The notes under the pieces are model-generated. The model saw nothing but the letters and a program-made list of their open reading frames with translations, searched no databases and was not told where the DNA came from. A stretch of DNA of 64,000 nucleotides, taken from the NCBI GenBank assembly GCA_015062525.1, contig SUUM01000001.1, positions 132,931-196,930 on the forward strand, read 5' to 3'. Below are positions 17,235 to 26,931 of this stretch, in pieces. Origin of the DNA: Alphaproteobacteria bacterium (GTDB lineage Bacteria > Pseudomonadota > Alphaproteobacteria > Rs-D84). Each line of letters begins with the position of its first letter. Position 1 is the stretch's first letter. A program made the translations under genes and the position numbers.

Positions 17235-18866
17235 TTATTCAAATAGCAACGGCAGTATGCCATCCAGAATTTTTCCCGTTGTCGGCACCGCATTCCACGC
17301 AGCCGTACGCCACCCCCACGATTCTTTGGTTCCCTGGGGTTCGTCCAACACCACCATAATGGTATATTGCGGTGCATTAACTGGGAATATTCCCACAAAC
17401 GCCGTAATATTTTTCTTTCTGTCAATTTTTCCATTGATAACTTTTTCAGCGGTTGCTGTTTTCCCACCAATTTCAATACCCGCGACCCTAGCCTGCTTGC
17501 CACTGGTTTCTTCGGCAACACGCAACATAATTGGGCGCAACTTGGCTGAAATTTCATCTGTCAATACGCGTTCCCCACGCACCACGCCAACACTACGTTT
17601 TTGCAAAGTCGGATAAATATAAATCCCCCCATTCGTCACTGCATTTACCGCCAACATCAAATGCATCGGTGTCACAGCATATCCATGACCAAACGACACA
17701 GTAGCCCGTTCAACCTGTCCCCATTTACGTTGCGGAATACTATTTTCCGTACGTCCAAATTCCAAATTTAACGCCTTGTCCATATGCAAACGTTCAAAGA
17801 ATTCCTTTTGTGCCCCATCTGGTAAATCCAATGCGATTTGTGCACTGCCGACATTACACGAATGCACCATAATTTCCTCGACTGTCAAATGTGGCCGTGG
17901 TGGCTTGAAGCTACGCACATCGTGAATTGTTGTTGCAACACGTCCAAACTTATCTAAAATCTTAAAAGGTTCTTTTACGTAATACTCTTTATCGATTCCA
18001 TTTTCCAACGCCAATGCTGTATTAAATATCTTGAAAATAGACCCCATTTCATAAACACTTCGCATTGGCTTAAACAAACGATTTCCGACCGGATCAGCCG
18101 ACAGATTTTCTGGGTCATAGTCCGGCAAAGACACCATCGCGATAATCTCGCCCGTACGCGAATTCATCAGCATTCCCATCGCCGCGCGCGTTCCATATTT
18201 TTGCATTGCGAACGACAACTGGTCATAGAATACCGATTGCACACGCGAATCAACAGACAATCGCAAAGGGTCCTTGTTCTCGGTTAAATATTCTTCATAG
18301 ATTCTCTCTGCCCCTTCCAGCCCATGACCTTCGGCGCCAACAAATCCAACAATATGCGAAAACAATCTACGCTTTGGATACTTTCGTGTCTGAATTTTTT
18401 CAACTTCTAACCCCTCTAACCGCGCATTTTGAATAATTTCACGTTGTGCATCACTTGCATACTTTTTTAGTCTAATAAACCGTCTGTCTGAATTTACCAG
18501 CGCAATAGCATCCGCCAACGAATATTCATACGGCAACGCCTGATGTATTGTCTGGGCAACCGCATCCCTGTCCTGGGGGCGTACCGCACGATTTCGCAGA
18601 ATAATATGCCCCGACGCGACATTTTTCGCCAAAATATCACCATTTCTGTCCACGATATCGGCACGTTGCACATTCCATTCACCATCCGCCCCCGCCAAGC
18701 GTGCACGGTCTGTTCCCTGAATACCCAACTGTAAAGTTCGCCCGATAAATATCATAAAAGCAATAAAAAACACCGTGTACATCACACGCAGACGTTTGCG
18801 CCCAGTTGCCTCGCCACGAACACCCGAAAAACCGTATTTAAAAATATCTTTACCTACTTCGAACAT
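17235..18866 (-). CDS. ftsI: Peptidoglycan D,D-transpeptidase FtsI (class B PBP)
   Basis: It has an N-terminal TM anchor and the motifs SIFK (SxxK), SCN (SxN) and a KTA/KTG-like motif. It lies directly downstream of an ftsL-like gene. Confidence 0.85.
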   Translation of the reverse strand: MFEVGKDIFKYGFSGVRGEATGRKRLRVMYTVFFIAFMIFIGRTLQLGIQGTDRARLAGADGEWNVQRADIVDRNGDILAKNVASGHIILRNRAVRPQDRDAVAQTIHQALPYEYSLADAIALVNSDRRFIRLKKYASDAQREIIQNARLEGLEVEKIQTRKYPKRRLFSHIVGFVGAEGHGLEGAERIYEEYLTENKDPLRLSVDSRVQSVFYDQLSFAMQKYGTRAAMGMLMNSRTGEIIAMVSLPDYDPENLSADPVGNRLFKPMRSVYEMGSIFKIFNTALALENGIDKEYYVKEPFKILDKFGRVATTIHDVRSFKPPRPHLTVEEIMVHSCNVGSAQIALDLPDGAQKEFFERLHMDKALNLEFGRTENSIPQRKWGQVERATVSFGHGYAVTPMHLMLAVNAVTNGGIYIYPTLQKRSVGVVRGERVLTDEISAKLRPIMLRVAEETSGKQARVAGIEIGGKTATAEKVINGKIDRKKNITAFVGIFPVNAPQYTIMVVLDEPQGTKESWGWRTAAWNAVPTTGKILDGILPLLFE

Positions 18867-19160
18867 TTACAATTCTTTTTTGAACTCTATTTCATTCACC
18901 GCAACTGATTTCTTAAAACTGACCACTTCTGACTTTGGCGCAATACTTACCACCAAATTACGCAAAATTTCAGGACGCACATATGATGCAAAGTTTGCCT
19001 CGGCAACGGCAATTTGCTGTTGCGTGGCAACAATTTCACGTCTGACACGATTTAACTGACGATTTTGTGTACGAAACGCCACCTGCAATATTACCGATAT
19101 CAGCAACACCACCCCAACGGACCACACACCAATTTGAAACATTTTTTCATCATCCTGCAT
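18867..19160 (-). CDS. ftsL: Cell division protein FtsL-like
   Basis: It is 97 aa with a single TM helix followed by a coiled coil, and it abuts ftsI. Confidence 0.6.
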   Translation of the reverse strand: MQDDEKMFQIGVWSVGVVLLISVILQVAFRTQNRQLNRVRREIVATQQQIAVAEANFASYVRPEILRNLVVSIAPKSEVVSFKKSVAVNEIEFKKEL

Positions 19161-19200
19161 ATATCGCCCCCCATCTCAGATATGCTTTAACGGCATTTTA

Positions 19201-19563
19201 TCATAAATTCTGTAAAAAACGAATCATAGAATTTACACCATTTAACCGCCCCGCCCCCAGGTTCAGTTTCAACGACGAAAATTCCCCCGATAAATCCATT
19301 TGTTTTATCTGTTCCGGTGTTTTGCCATTAACCAAAGCCAATATAACCGCCACAATTCCACGCACCAGCCCCGAATCCGCCACACCAAAGAACTGATTAC
19401 CGCGACGGCAAATCTGAACGAACGACGCACACCCAACTATTTCATGACATTCTGCCCCATCTGGCACAGGCTCTAAAATCCGTCCAAAATCCATCAAGAT
19501 TTCCAAACGCATTGCCGGGTCATCGACCGTCATCAGCATATTTTTCATATCTTCATACGTCAT
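19201..19563 (-). CDS. sufE: Cysteine desulfuration protein SufE
   Basis: It is 120 aa and SufE-like, with GCASFVQ containing the conserved Cys. Confidence 0.8.
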   Translation of the reverse strand: MTYEDMKNMLMTVDDPAMRLEILMDFGRILEPVPDGAECHEIVGCASFVQICRRGNQFFGVADSGLVRGIVAVILALVNGKTPEQIKQMDLSGEFSSLKLNLGAGRLNGVNSMIRFLQNL

Positions 19564-19566
19564 GGA

Positions 19567-19881
19567 CTACCACCCCTCGTTCGTTAAATCCAATTCCAAA
19601 CGCGCCGCATCCGACATACGCGACAAATCCCATGGTGGATCCCACACCAAATCAACGCGCACAGGCACATTTCCTGCAATTGATTGGGCGGCACCCCTTA
19701 CCTGTTCCAATAACTCTTCCATCATCGGACATGTAGGACTGGTAAAAGTCATTTTTATAACAACCGCCGCCTCACTAATATCAATATCATAAATCAAGCC
19801 CATATCCCAAATATTTACTGGAATTTCCGGGTCATAGATTGTCTTTAGTGCATTTACAATATCATCTTTGGTAAAATTCAT
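19567..19881 (-). CDS. sufT: Fe-S assembly protein SufT (DUF59/MIP18 family)
   Basis: It has YDPEIPVNIWDMGLIY and the TSPTCP motif. Confidence 0.8.
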   Translation of the reverse strand: MNFTKDDIVNALKTIYDPEIPVNIWDMGLIYDIDISEAAVVIKMTFTSPTCPMMEELLEQVRGAAQSIAGNVPVRVDLVWDPPWDLSRMSDAARLELDLTNEGW

Positions 19882-20966
19882 TTTATAACATCTTTTATTA
19901 TCTGAACCGCCTGTTTTGCGTCATCGATTGTATTGTACGCGCCCACCGACAAACGAATCGACCCCAACACCCCCAGCGCCTGATGCGCCCACGTTGCGCA
20001 CATATTTCCAACACGCAGACACAACCCACGTGCCCCCACTAACGCCCCAAAATCCAACACATGCATATCATCAACAACAAATGTCAACACAGATGCATCC
20101 CGCGCTGACAAAATCTTAACACGCGGCACAGTTTTTAATTCATCATACATATACTTAATTAAATCTAAATTCGGGCGATTTTTTTCCAACCCATCAATAG
20201 CAACATTCAATCCCGCAATCTGTGTCAGGGGTTGGGTCCCTGCCTCGAACTTTTCGGGTCCCGCCACCAACAGCAAATCATTTTCAATGATTTTATTCAC
20301 CATTCCACCGCCAAAAATTACTGGTTCCCACAAATCTGGATTTTTTACATACATGACCCCCAGTCCTGTATCCGCCCCAATTTTGTGCCCCGACCACACA
20401 ACAAAGTCAGCATCCCAATCAACCACATCAATCTTATCATGTACAACATATTGCGCTGCATCTACAACGACCACGACATCTGGATTTTTATCACGCGCCA
20501 AACGCACTATTTCCGCAACATTTTGCGCACGTCCAAAAACATTAGACATGGCGGTTATCACCATAACATCTGCATACGGAACATTATTTACATCAATATT
20601 AAAGTGCGCATCCAACGGCATAACAACCATTTTTGCCATACTTTGTTCGAACGGCAATCTGGCACTGTGATGGTCCAAATCTGACACCGCTACAATTTTA
20701 TCGCCGGCTAAATTCAGCATACGCGCAATCATATTCATGCCCCCTGTCGTCCCCGACGTGAACACAATTTGATTTTCATGTGCCCCCATAAAGCGCGCCA
20801 CACGTTGCCGCGCACCCACCACCATATCATCAACGTATGTCGCACGCGCACAAATACCACGTCCCGCATTTGCATAATGATTACGCAAAAAATCGACCTG
20901 AGCCTGAATAACAGCATCTGACTTTTGATATGTTGCCGCCGCGTCTAAGTATATGATTTTATTCAT
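19878..20966 (-). CDS. sufS: Cysteine desulfurase (class V aminotransferase, SufS-like, short form)
   Basis: It has the PLP-Lys motif SGHKIG and a catalytic Cys region (GNMCATWAH). At 362 aa it is shorter than typical SufS proteins. Confidence 0.8.
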   Translation of the reverse strand: MNKIIYLDAAATYQKSDAVIQAQVDFLRNHYANAGRGICARATYVDDMVVGARQRVARFMGAHENQIVFTSGTTGGMNMIARMLNLAGDKIVAVSDLDHHSARLPFEQSMAKMVVMPLDAHFNIDVNNVPYADVMVITAMSNVFGRAQNVAEIVRLARDKNPDVVVVVDAAQYVVHDKIDVVDWDADFVVWSGHKIGADTGLGVMYVKNPDLWEPVIFGGGMVNKIIENDLLLVAGPEKFEAGTQPLTQIAGLNVAIDGLEKNRPNLDLIKYMYDELKTVPRVKILSARDASVLTFVVDDMHVLDFGALVGARGLCLRVGNMCATWAHQALGVLGSIRLSVGAYNTIDDAKQAVQIIKDVIK

Positions 20967-21040
20967 TTATGATTTCTCTTGCATTTTGGACGGATTATAA
21001 TACAATTCCGCCGAATATCAATAACAGAAAGGAGAAAAAC

Positions 21041-21358
21041 ATGGCAATCACACATGCTAATGATTCAACAATTGACACAATTATCGGTGATGGTATTACA
21101 TTGGTTGATTTCTGGGCATCATGGTGCGGTCCATGCCGTATGTTTGGCCCAATTTTTGAATCTGCATCTGAAAAGACATCTGATGCAAAATTTGTAAAAT
21201 TCGAAATTGACGAAACGAATCGCCGTACACCCGCCAAATATGGCATCCGCAGCATTCCATCGGTCCTGGCATTCAAAAATGGCGAATTAGTCGAGGCACG
21301 CACAGGCCTGATGGACGAAGAAACGGTACTTTCGTGGATTCAGGAATTAAAGGGTTAA
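21041..21358 (+). CDS. trxA: Thioredoxin
   Basis: It has the WCGPC active site, with AGGAGA upstream of the ATG at 21041. Confidence 0.93.
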   Translation: MAITHANDSTIDTIIGDGITLVDFWASWCGPCRMFGPIFESASEKTSDAKFVKFEIDETNRRTPAKYGIRSIPSVLAFKNGELVEARTGLMDEETVLSWIQELKG

Positions 21359-21362
21359 AGAA

Positions 21363-21797
21363 ATGGCGACCAAAGACGATTACAAGACACTTGAATTGCC
21401 TGCGAATTACAAACCCAAGAAATCGGAACCATATATGTGCCCGATGCAGTTGGCGTACTTTTATAACATATTGAACAGCCAACGCGAAGAATTGCAAAGC
21501 AACAGTGATTCTGTATTAAATGCAATTCGCCTGGCGGATAAAACCGAAGCGGTCGGTGTCGGCGACGAATCGGACAACGCAACATATAACCAGGACATTA
21601 CAATGGACCTGCGCATGTCTGACCGTAATAATAAATTATTACAAAAGGTCAACGCCGCCCTGGACCGCATTGCCAATGGCACATATGGTTTCAGTGTTGT
21701 ATCCGGCGAAGAAATCGGGATTGGACGCATGATGGCACGCCCACTGGCCACCATGACCGTCGAAGAACAAGAAGAATACGAATCCCGTCGCGGCTAA
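21363..21797 (+). CDS. dksA: RNA polymerase-binding regulator DksA (cysteine-less variant)
   Basis: It has a coiled coil with the DxxDxA tip (DESDNA). The C-terminal region aligns with the DksA zinc finger, but all four Cys are replaced. Confidence 0.8.
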   Translation: MATKDDYKTLELPANYKPKKSEPYMCPMQLAYFYNILNSQREELQSNSDSVLNAIRLADKTEAVGVGDESDNATYNQDITMDLRMSDRNNKLLQKVNAALDRIANGTYGFSVVSGEEIGIGRMMARPLATMTVEEQEEYESRRG

Positions 21798-21832
21798 ACA
21801 AAAAAATCCCACCAAACGGTGGGATTTTTATT
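21798..21832. terminator. Bidirectional terminator
   Basis: AAATCCCACC-AAAC-GGTGGGATTT is flanked by A-runs and T-runs. It lies between the convergent dksA and hemolysin III genes. Confidence 0.7.
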
Positions 21833-22569
21833 TATAAATCCAAGATACATCCAAATAACACAGCAAAAAAGAAACAAACCGTCCCACCAATCACAAACAT
21901 GTGCCAAACACCATGTGAAAATTTCATCCGTCGCCACAGATAGAATATCACACCAATTGTATAAGCCAATCCCCCCGCCAAAATAAACCACAATCCGCGT
22001 TCTGGAATACTGCGAATCATTGCCGGTAAAATGAACAATAATGTCCACCCCATCGCAACATATAAACCAACCATCCACTTTGGTTGTTGCCTTGGGTTTT
22101 TAATCTTCATATATGCCCCAAACAACACAATCGCCCACAAAATTCCAAACACCGTCCAACCAATCAGCCCACGCAGATTCACCAACAAAAACGGTGTATA
22201 AGTTCCCGCAATCAACGCATATATGGCGACACTATCCCACACCTCGAAAAAGCATTCATGTTTTTTCCCAATCGTCGCATGACACATTGTTGAGCCAAAA
22301 TACAGCGTTATCATCGTGATGCCAAAAACAGCACACGAAACAATTGCCCACGGATCACCCTTTAACCCCGCGAACACAACCAACAGCGTCAACGCAGCAA
22401 TTGCCAAACCAATCCCAATTCCATGCGTTAAAATATTTACAATTTCTTCGGCGTGTGTTGACGGTTTTTCCCAACGGAACAACCCCGTTGCCCGCAAAAC
22501 CTTTAATAACTTTGAAGCATGTTCATCTTTTTTGACCGCACGAATGCGCGCTTTTTTTTCCTTGGTCAT
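21832..22569 (-). CDS. Hemolysin III / PAQR family membrane protein
   Basis: It has seven TM helices and conserved His motifs (HxxGxG near the N-terminus, SHGVWH near the C-terminus). Confidence 0.8.
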   Translation of the reverse strand: MTKEKKARIRAVKKDEHASKLLKVLRATGLFRWEKPSTHAEEIVNILTHGIGIGLAIAALTLLVVFAGLKGDPWAIVSCAVFGITMITLYFGSTMCHATIGKKHECFFEVWDSVAIYALIAGTYTPFLLVNLRGLIGWTVFGILWAIVLFGAYMKIKNPRQQPKWMVGLYVAMGWTLLFILPAMIRSIPERGLWFILAGGLAYTIGVIFYLWRRMKFSHGVWHMFVIGGTVCFFFAVLFGCILDL

Positions 22570-24143
22570 TTTATCACCCCTTCGATTCGTTTAATAACAC
22601 GTTCCCCGCCCATAACAGACATAATTGAATACAAGTCCGGCGTATTTGTACGACCCGCCAATGCCACACGCAGGTTCATTGCCACATCACCATTTTTAAC
22701 ATCACATTTTTCAGCGACCGCAACGATTTTTGCCCACCATGTGTCTTTATCATCCGATTCGTCATACGTTTCCAAAAACTCACGCAACGCGTCCATATTA
22801 AATTCGTATTCAGAATTCGGCACAAACAATTCATCCCAGAAAAACGCAACATTTTCCAATGTCTGGGACCATGTGATAAAGTCTTTACGCACACGCTTGG
22901 GATTATCACGTTCAATACTTAAAACTGACGTTAAATAACTTTGCTCTTTGCACATTGCTCTTTGCGCATTGTTTCCATATTCATTGGCCCAGCGCACAAC
23001 ACGATTAACCAATTCCGGCACAGGCAACGAACCAATGAACTCTTTCGCCCACCATTCTAATTTTTTCATATCAAACAACGCACCCGACATAGGAATCTTT
23101 TTTGCGCGCATTTCATAATCCCAGAATGATTTAACCTGCCCTTTCATCTTGGCTTCTTCATAACCCGACGCCGCTATATTGCCCAGATATTCAATTACCG
23201 CCTCGACCGGCCACCCCGCCTCCAGGAAGAACGCAACATTTGCCTCGGGGTCTTTGCGTTTTGACAGTTTGCGTTGCTTGCCTGACTCTTCATCAATTTT
23301 ATCAATCGTTGATGTATGAATATACAGCGGTGCACGCCAATCCATCATACGGAACAATTGCACATGCAACGGCAACGATGGCAACCATTCTTCCCCACGA
23401 ATAACATGTGTTGTACGCATAAAGTGATCATCACATAAATGCGCGAAATGATACGTTGGCAACCCATCGTTTGATTTAATTAAAACAATATCTTCGTTAT
23501 TTTCCGGGAAACCAATTGACCCACGCACCGCATCCTTGCAGAAAATACGCTGTTCTGGATTACCGGTCGAATACAAACGAATCGACGGCACCAGACCTTT
23601 ATCTAAATTCGCGATAATTTCATCTTCACTTAAATTTCTGTCGCGCGCAAATTCACCATAGATACCCGTTGCAAAACCCGCCGCCTTTTGATTTTCACGA
23701 ATTTCTTCCATATCTGCCGCCGACAGGAAACAAGGATACGCCAACCCATTTTCCAACAAGTGCGCAACAACACTGTGATAAATATCTTTGCGTTGCGATT
23801 GATAATACGGCCCATATTCTGGCACATTATTGTATTTCAAACCGAATCGGTCCATAGATTCATTAATAATTTGCACGGCATCTGCAACCTCGCGCTTGGT
23901 GTCTGTATCTTCGATTCGCAGCATAAACACCCCACCCGATTGCTGGGCCAATTTACAGTCAATCAACGCACCATACAGCCCACCAATATGCATATATCCC
24001 GTTGGACTGGGCGCAAAGCGTGTAACAAACGCCCCATCTGGTAAATTGCGTTGTGGGAATTTTTCTTCTAACTGTTGAATTGTATATTTCGGTGCACCAC
24101 CCAAAACCCGAGCTATTAAATCTTTTGATAAGCCTGTTCTCAT
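22566..24143 (-). CDS. gltX: Glutamate--tRNA ligase
   Basis: It has a HIGH-type motif (YMHIGG) and a KMSKS-type motif (KLSKRK). At 525 aa it has an extended C-terminus. Confidence 0.9.
   Translation of the reverse strand: MRTGLSKDLIARVLGGAPKYTIQQLEEKFPQRNLPDGAFVTRFAPSPTGYMHIGGLYGALIDCKLAQQSGGVFMLRIEDTDTKREVADAVQIINESMDRFGLKYNNVPEYGPYYQSQRKDIYHSVVAHLLENGLAYPCFLSAADMEEIRENQKAAGFATGIYGEFARDRNLSEDEIIANLDKGLVPSIRLYSTGNPEQRIFCKDAVRGSIGFPENNEDIVLIKSNDGLPTYHFAHLCDDHFMRTTHVIRGEEWLPSLPLHVQLFRMMDWRAPLYIHTSTIDKIDEESGKQRKLSKRKDPEANVAFFLEAGWPVEAVIEYLGNIAASGYEEAKMKGQVKSFWDYEMRAKKIPMSGALFDMKKLEWWAKEFIGSLPVPELVNRVVRWANEYGNNAQRAMCKEQSYLTSVLSIERDNPKRVRKDFITWSQTLENVAFFWDELFVPNSEYEFNMDALREFLETYDESDDKDTWWAKIVAVAEKCDVKNGDVAMNLRVALAGRTNTPDLYSIMSVMGGERVIKRIEGVIK
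22940..22974 (+). repeat. Heptanucleotide array (WTTGCNC x5) inside the gltX coding sequence
   Basis: The units are TTTGCTC TTTGCAC ATTGCTC TTTGCGC ATTGTTT. gltX on the opposite strand reads through them in frame as ...NNAQRAMCKEQS... Confidence 0.7.
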
Positions 24144-24189
24144 CTATATATTCCTTGTGTTTTTAATTACTCAATTCTATACTAAAACT

Positions 24190-24810
24190 ATGGAAAAACA
24201 AGAAATAAGAACATTTGGTCGTCGTCACGGCAAAAAATTATCCACCCGTCAACAAACATTGATTGACACAGTTTTGCCAACATTAAAACCCAAAACCGGC
24301 GACATTTTGGAAATTGGCTTTGGTGCGGGCGAACATGTACGCGCCCTGGCGCGCGCAAATCCGGACAAAATTATTATTGGGGCCGAACCATTTATGAATG
24401 GGGTCGCATCCCTGCTGTCTGCAATAACCGATGAAAAAACGAATCGAATTTTGGACGAATATTCGGGCATTCGTATTTGGGCGAACGACGTGCGTGATTT
24501 CCTGCGCGAAACCGATTCGCAATTCGAACAAATCTGGATTTTACACCCCGACCCCTGGCCGAAAGCCCGCCATGAAAAACGTCGCCTGCTGTCTGCGGAA
24601 TTTTTAAATACATTATCAAAATATTTAACCGCCAACGGCGAAATCATCATTGGCACCGACCATTGGGAATATTTTGATTGGATACTGGAACAGATTAAAT
24701 CGACAGATTTAACCGCCACAATCCCAGATATGGAAATAATTCAAACGCGCTACCAGCATAAAAACAAGGCTGGCACAGACACCCCAAAATATTTGATACT
24801 TAGGCATTAA
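24190..24810 (+). CDS. trmB: tRNA (guanine-N7)-methyltransferase
   Basis: It has the SAM-binding motif EIGFGAGEH and a TrmB-like core (HPDPWPKxRHxKRR). I chose the ATG at 24190. Confidence 0.88.
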   Translation: MEKQEIRTFGRRHGKKLSTRQQTLIDTVLPTLKPKTGDILEIGFGAGEHVRALARANPDKIIIGAEPFMNGVASLLSAITDEKTNRILDEYSGIRIWANDVRDFLRETDSQFEQIWILHPDPWPKARHEKRRLLSAEFLNTLSKYLTANGEIIIGTDHWEYFDWILEQIKSTDLTATIPDMEIIQTRYQHKNKAGTDTPKYLILRH

Positions 24811-25474
24811 TCCAAAATCGCAACCCATCCATCAAATTGGGTCGCATCTGTTGCACCAAACGCATAGCCTGCTCTATACGCAGTAAATTCAGGCCAAACG
24901 CAAATTGCAAACTAAATTTATTTTCCACATTCCACGCATTCAGCATACCATACAACCGCCCCACAAAATCTGATTTATCGCCCGTATCACGCGCGAACAC
25001 AAATATCACAGACGACGCATTTATTTTACGCAGACTTTCAAAAACATCGGTCCAATCGAATGGGCCAATTTCATCAACATCCATTCCAATTGATAAATCC
25101 TTGTTAAAGAACAAATCATCACGCACAACATGCGTCTGTTCAACCAATCCCGCCAACGCATCATACGACAAAAAAATCTGGGCACCATTTGCCCCCTGGC
25201 GCAGGCTTGTATTAATTCGTACTGTAATATCAGAAATCTTATCTTCTGTGATTTTCTTGCCATCCAGATAAAACCGCGACATTATCTTAATATCGCCACC
25301 TTCCATCCATGGCCACACGGTCTGTACCACATTTGGAGCAACAGAAATCACCGGCACCTTTTGCACATCCGCAACATGCACAGCATCCGCTAAATCCGTG
25401 GCATCCATATCCGCCCCGCACCACAGTCCCGCTTTTGTTCCAACCAAATCAAAAATCACACTTTTATCAATCAT
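24800..25474 (-). CDS. Hypothetical protein
   Basis: This is a long ORF with no recognised motif. It weakly resembles a DeoC-like TIM barrel. The start is uncertain (25474 or 25507). Confidence 0.4.
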   Translation of the reverse strand: MIDKSVIFDLVGTKAGLWCGADMDATDLADAVHVADVQKVPVISVAPNVVQTVWPWMEGGDIKIMSRFYLDGKKITEDKISDITVRINTSLRQGANGAQIFLSYDALAGLVEQTHVVRDDLFFNKDLSIGMDVDEIGPFDWTDVFESLRKINASSVIFVFARDTGDKSDFVGRLYGMLNAWNVENKFSLQFAFGLNLLRIEQAMRLVQQMRPNLMDGLRFWINA

Positions 25475-25518
25475 AACGCTTTTTAGTTTACCATAAATAT
25501 GATACAATTAAAAATGTT

Positions 25519-26412
25519 ATGAGGGATAAATTAGACAACTTTTTACTTGCAACCCTGTGGATATTTGCATCAACACTGGGGGTATGTTTTTGGTTTAACA
25601 TCCGCTTTGGGTTCAATATATTTTCATCCGCCCATTGGCATCACCTGGCATATATGCAGGCGTCCCAAAACCCGGTCAGTCCCGCTTTTTATATTTCAAT
25701 GGTAATTTCCGTTATTGTGGTTATTTGTGGTCTGTACCTGTTGATACGCCCACGTTTCAGAAAATTCAAAATCCCAGTTCGTGAAACACACAATCCATCG
25801 CCAAATATTCAGTCGCAACACATCGCGCCACAACCCGCGCCAATTCAAACACCAACGGTTGCACAGACACCTGCACCAACATCCGAACCAGAACCCGTGT
25901 CAACGGCCCCAACATTAACACGACCACCACGATTAAACATTGCGGTTACGCCTCAATTACACAGCACGCCATTACCGCAACAGACAATTCAAACACCATC
26001 GATGGCATCTGAACTGCGTGAAATTTTCCATGGCGCCGGTTATACTGTAAAAAACAACCCGCGCATTGGCACGACACAAACCGAACTGTTTGCCATCGGC
26101 ACGAACGAGGTTTTGTGGATTGGCGCAGTTGGCATTCCAACCACCGACCTGCAACGCGCAATTGATACGGTCAATCAGATATTTTCTGACACACTGGATG
26201 ACATAATAATAAACGTCAACGGATTTGTTATTTCGGCCCCTGATGCAAACGCTCCCGGCGCACCAGACATATTAACATTTGACAAAATTGATACTCTGCG
26301 TCAATATATGAATGAACACAAAAATCCACCATTGGGCGAAGATGACAATGGAAACTTTGACGCATTTTCGGCCTATATATCAACAGTAATAGATTATTTG
26401 GGTAAGATTTAA
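25519..26412 (+). CDS. Hypothetical membrane protein: two TM helices, a Pro/Gln/Thr-rich linker and a C-terminal globular domain
   Basis: The hydrophobic segments are FLLATLWIFASTLGVCFWF and FYISMVISVIVVICGLYLLI. A low-complexity P/Q/T linker of about 80 aa follows. The gene is first in a four-gene operon. Confidence 0.55.
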   Translation: MRDKLDNFLLATLWIFASTLGVCFWFNIRFGFNIFSSAHWHHLAYMQASQNPVSPAFYISMVISVIVVICGLYLLIRPRFRKFKIPVRETHNPSPNIQSQHIAPQPAPIQTPTVAQTPAPTSEPEPVSTAPTLTRPPRLNIAVTPQLHSTPLPQQTIQTPSMASELREIFHGAGYTVKNNPRIGTTQTELFAIGTNEVLWIGAVGIPTTDLQRAIDTVNQIFSDTLDDIIINVNGFVISAPDANAPGAPDILTFDKIDTLRQYMNEHKNPPLGEDDNGNFDAFSAYISTVIDYLGKI

Positions 26413-26915
26413 TGCAACTGAACGCAGGCACCGCAGAAAAATTAATTTCAGATATGGGTATGTCAGACCTGCCCCTGGTTGAAATCCGCCCAACACCATC
26501 CACGGTTGCGCCCGATTGGTTTTCCAAATATAAACAATTATGCCATGAATTTATGGCGTCCCTGACTGATTCCGCCGAAACACTGGCGTTTATGAACCTG
26601 TCCCAGGACGAATTTATGAACATCATCATGGGACGCGAGCCACCACAAAACATATCATTTCGTTTTCGCGTGCCATTGGTATGGGGTGGCAAACTGGAAA
26701 TTGATAATTTATTTATGTGCTGGACGTTTCCGCATTCATATAATATGGACCGATTTATAATGTCGCAGATTGGCGCACAAACCATATGGTTGCCCAATCC
26801 CGCAAAAAAGATTTACCTGCCGGCACATACCGCCGGCGGTGGCGACGGTGGCAACGCAACCGAAGACAGACTGGCCCAAATTGGCGCACAAATTGCGGCG
26901 GAACGTGATATGTAA
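26412..26915 (+). CDS. Hypothetical protein; weak, speculative resemblance to a degenerate HNH/EndoVII-fold module
   Basis: A TAATG overlap couples it to the upstream gene. VPLVWGGKLEIDNLFMCWTFPH recalls the HNH pattern ..P...GG....NL......H, but the leading His is missing. Confidence 0.45.
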   Translation: MQLNAGTAEKLISDMGMSDLPLVEIRPTPSTVAPDWFSKYKQLCHEFMASLTDSAETLAFMNLSQDEFMNIIMGREPPQNISFRFRVPLVWGGKLEIDNLFMCWTFPHSYNMDRFIMSQIGAQTIWLPNPAKKIYLPAHTAGGGDGGNATEDRLAQIGAQIAAERDM

Positions 26916-26931
26916 TTTCGGGGGAATAAAT

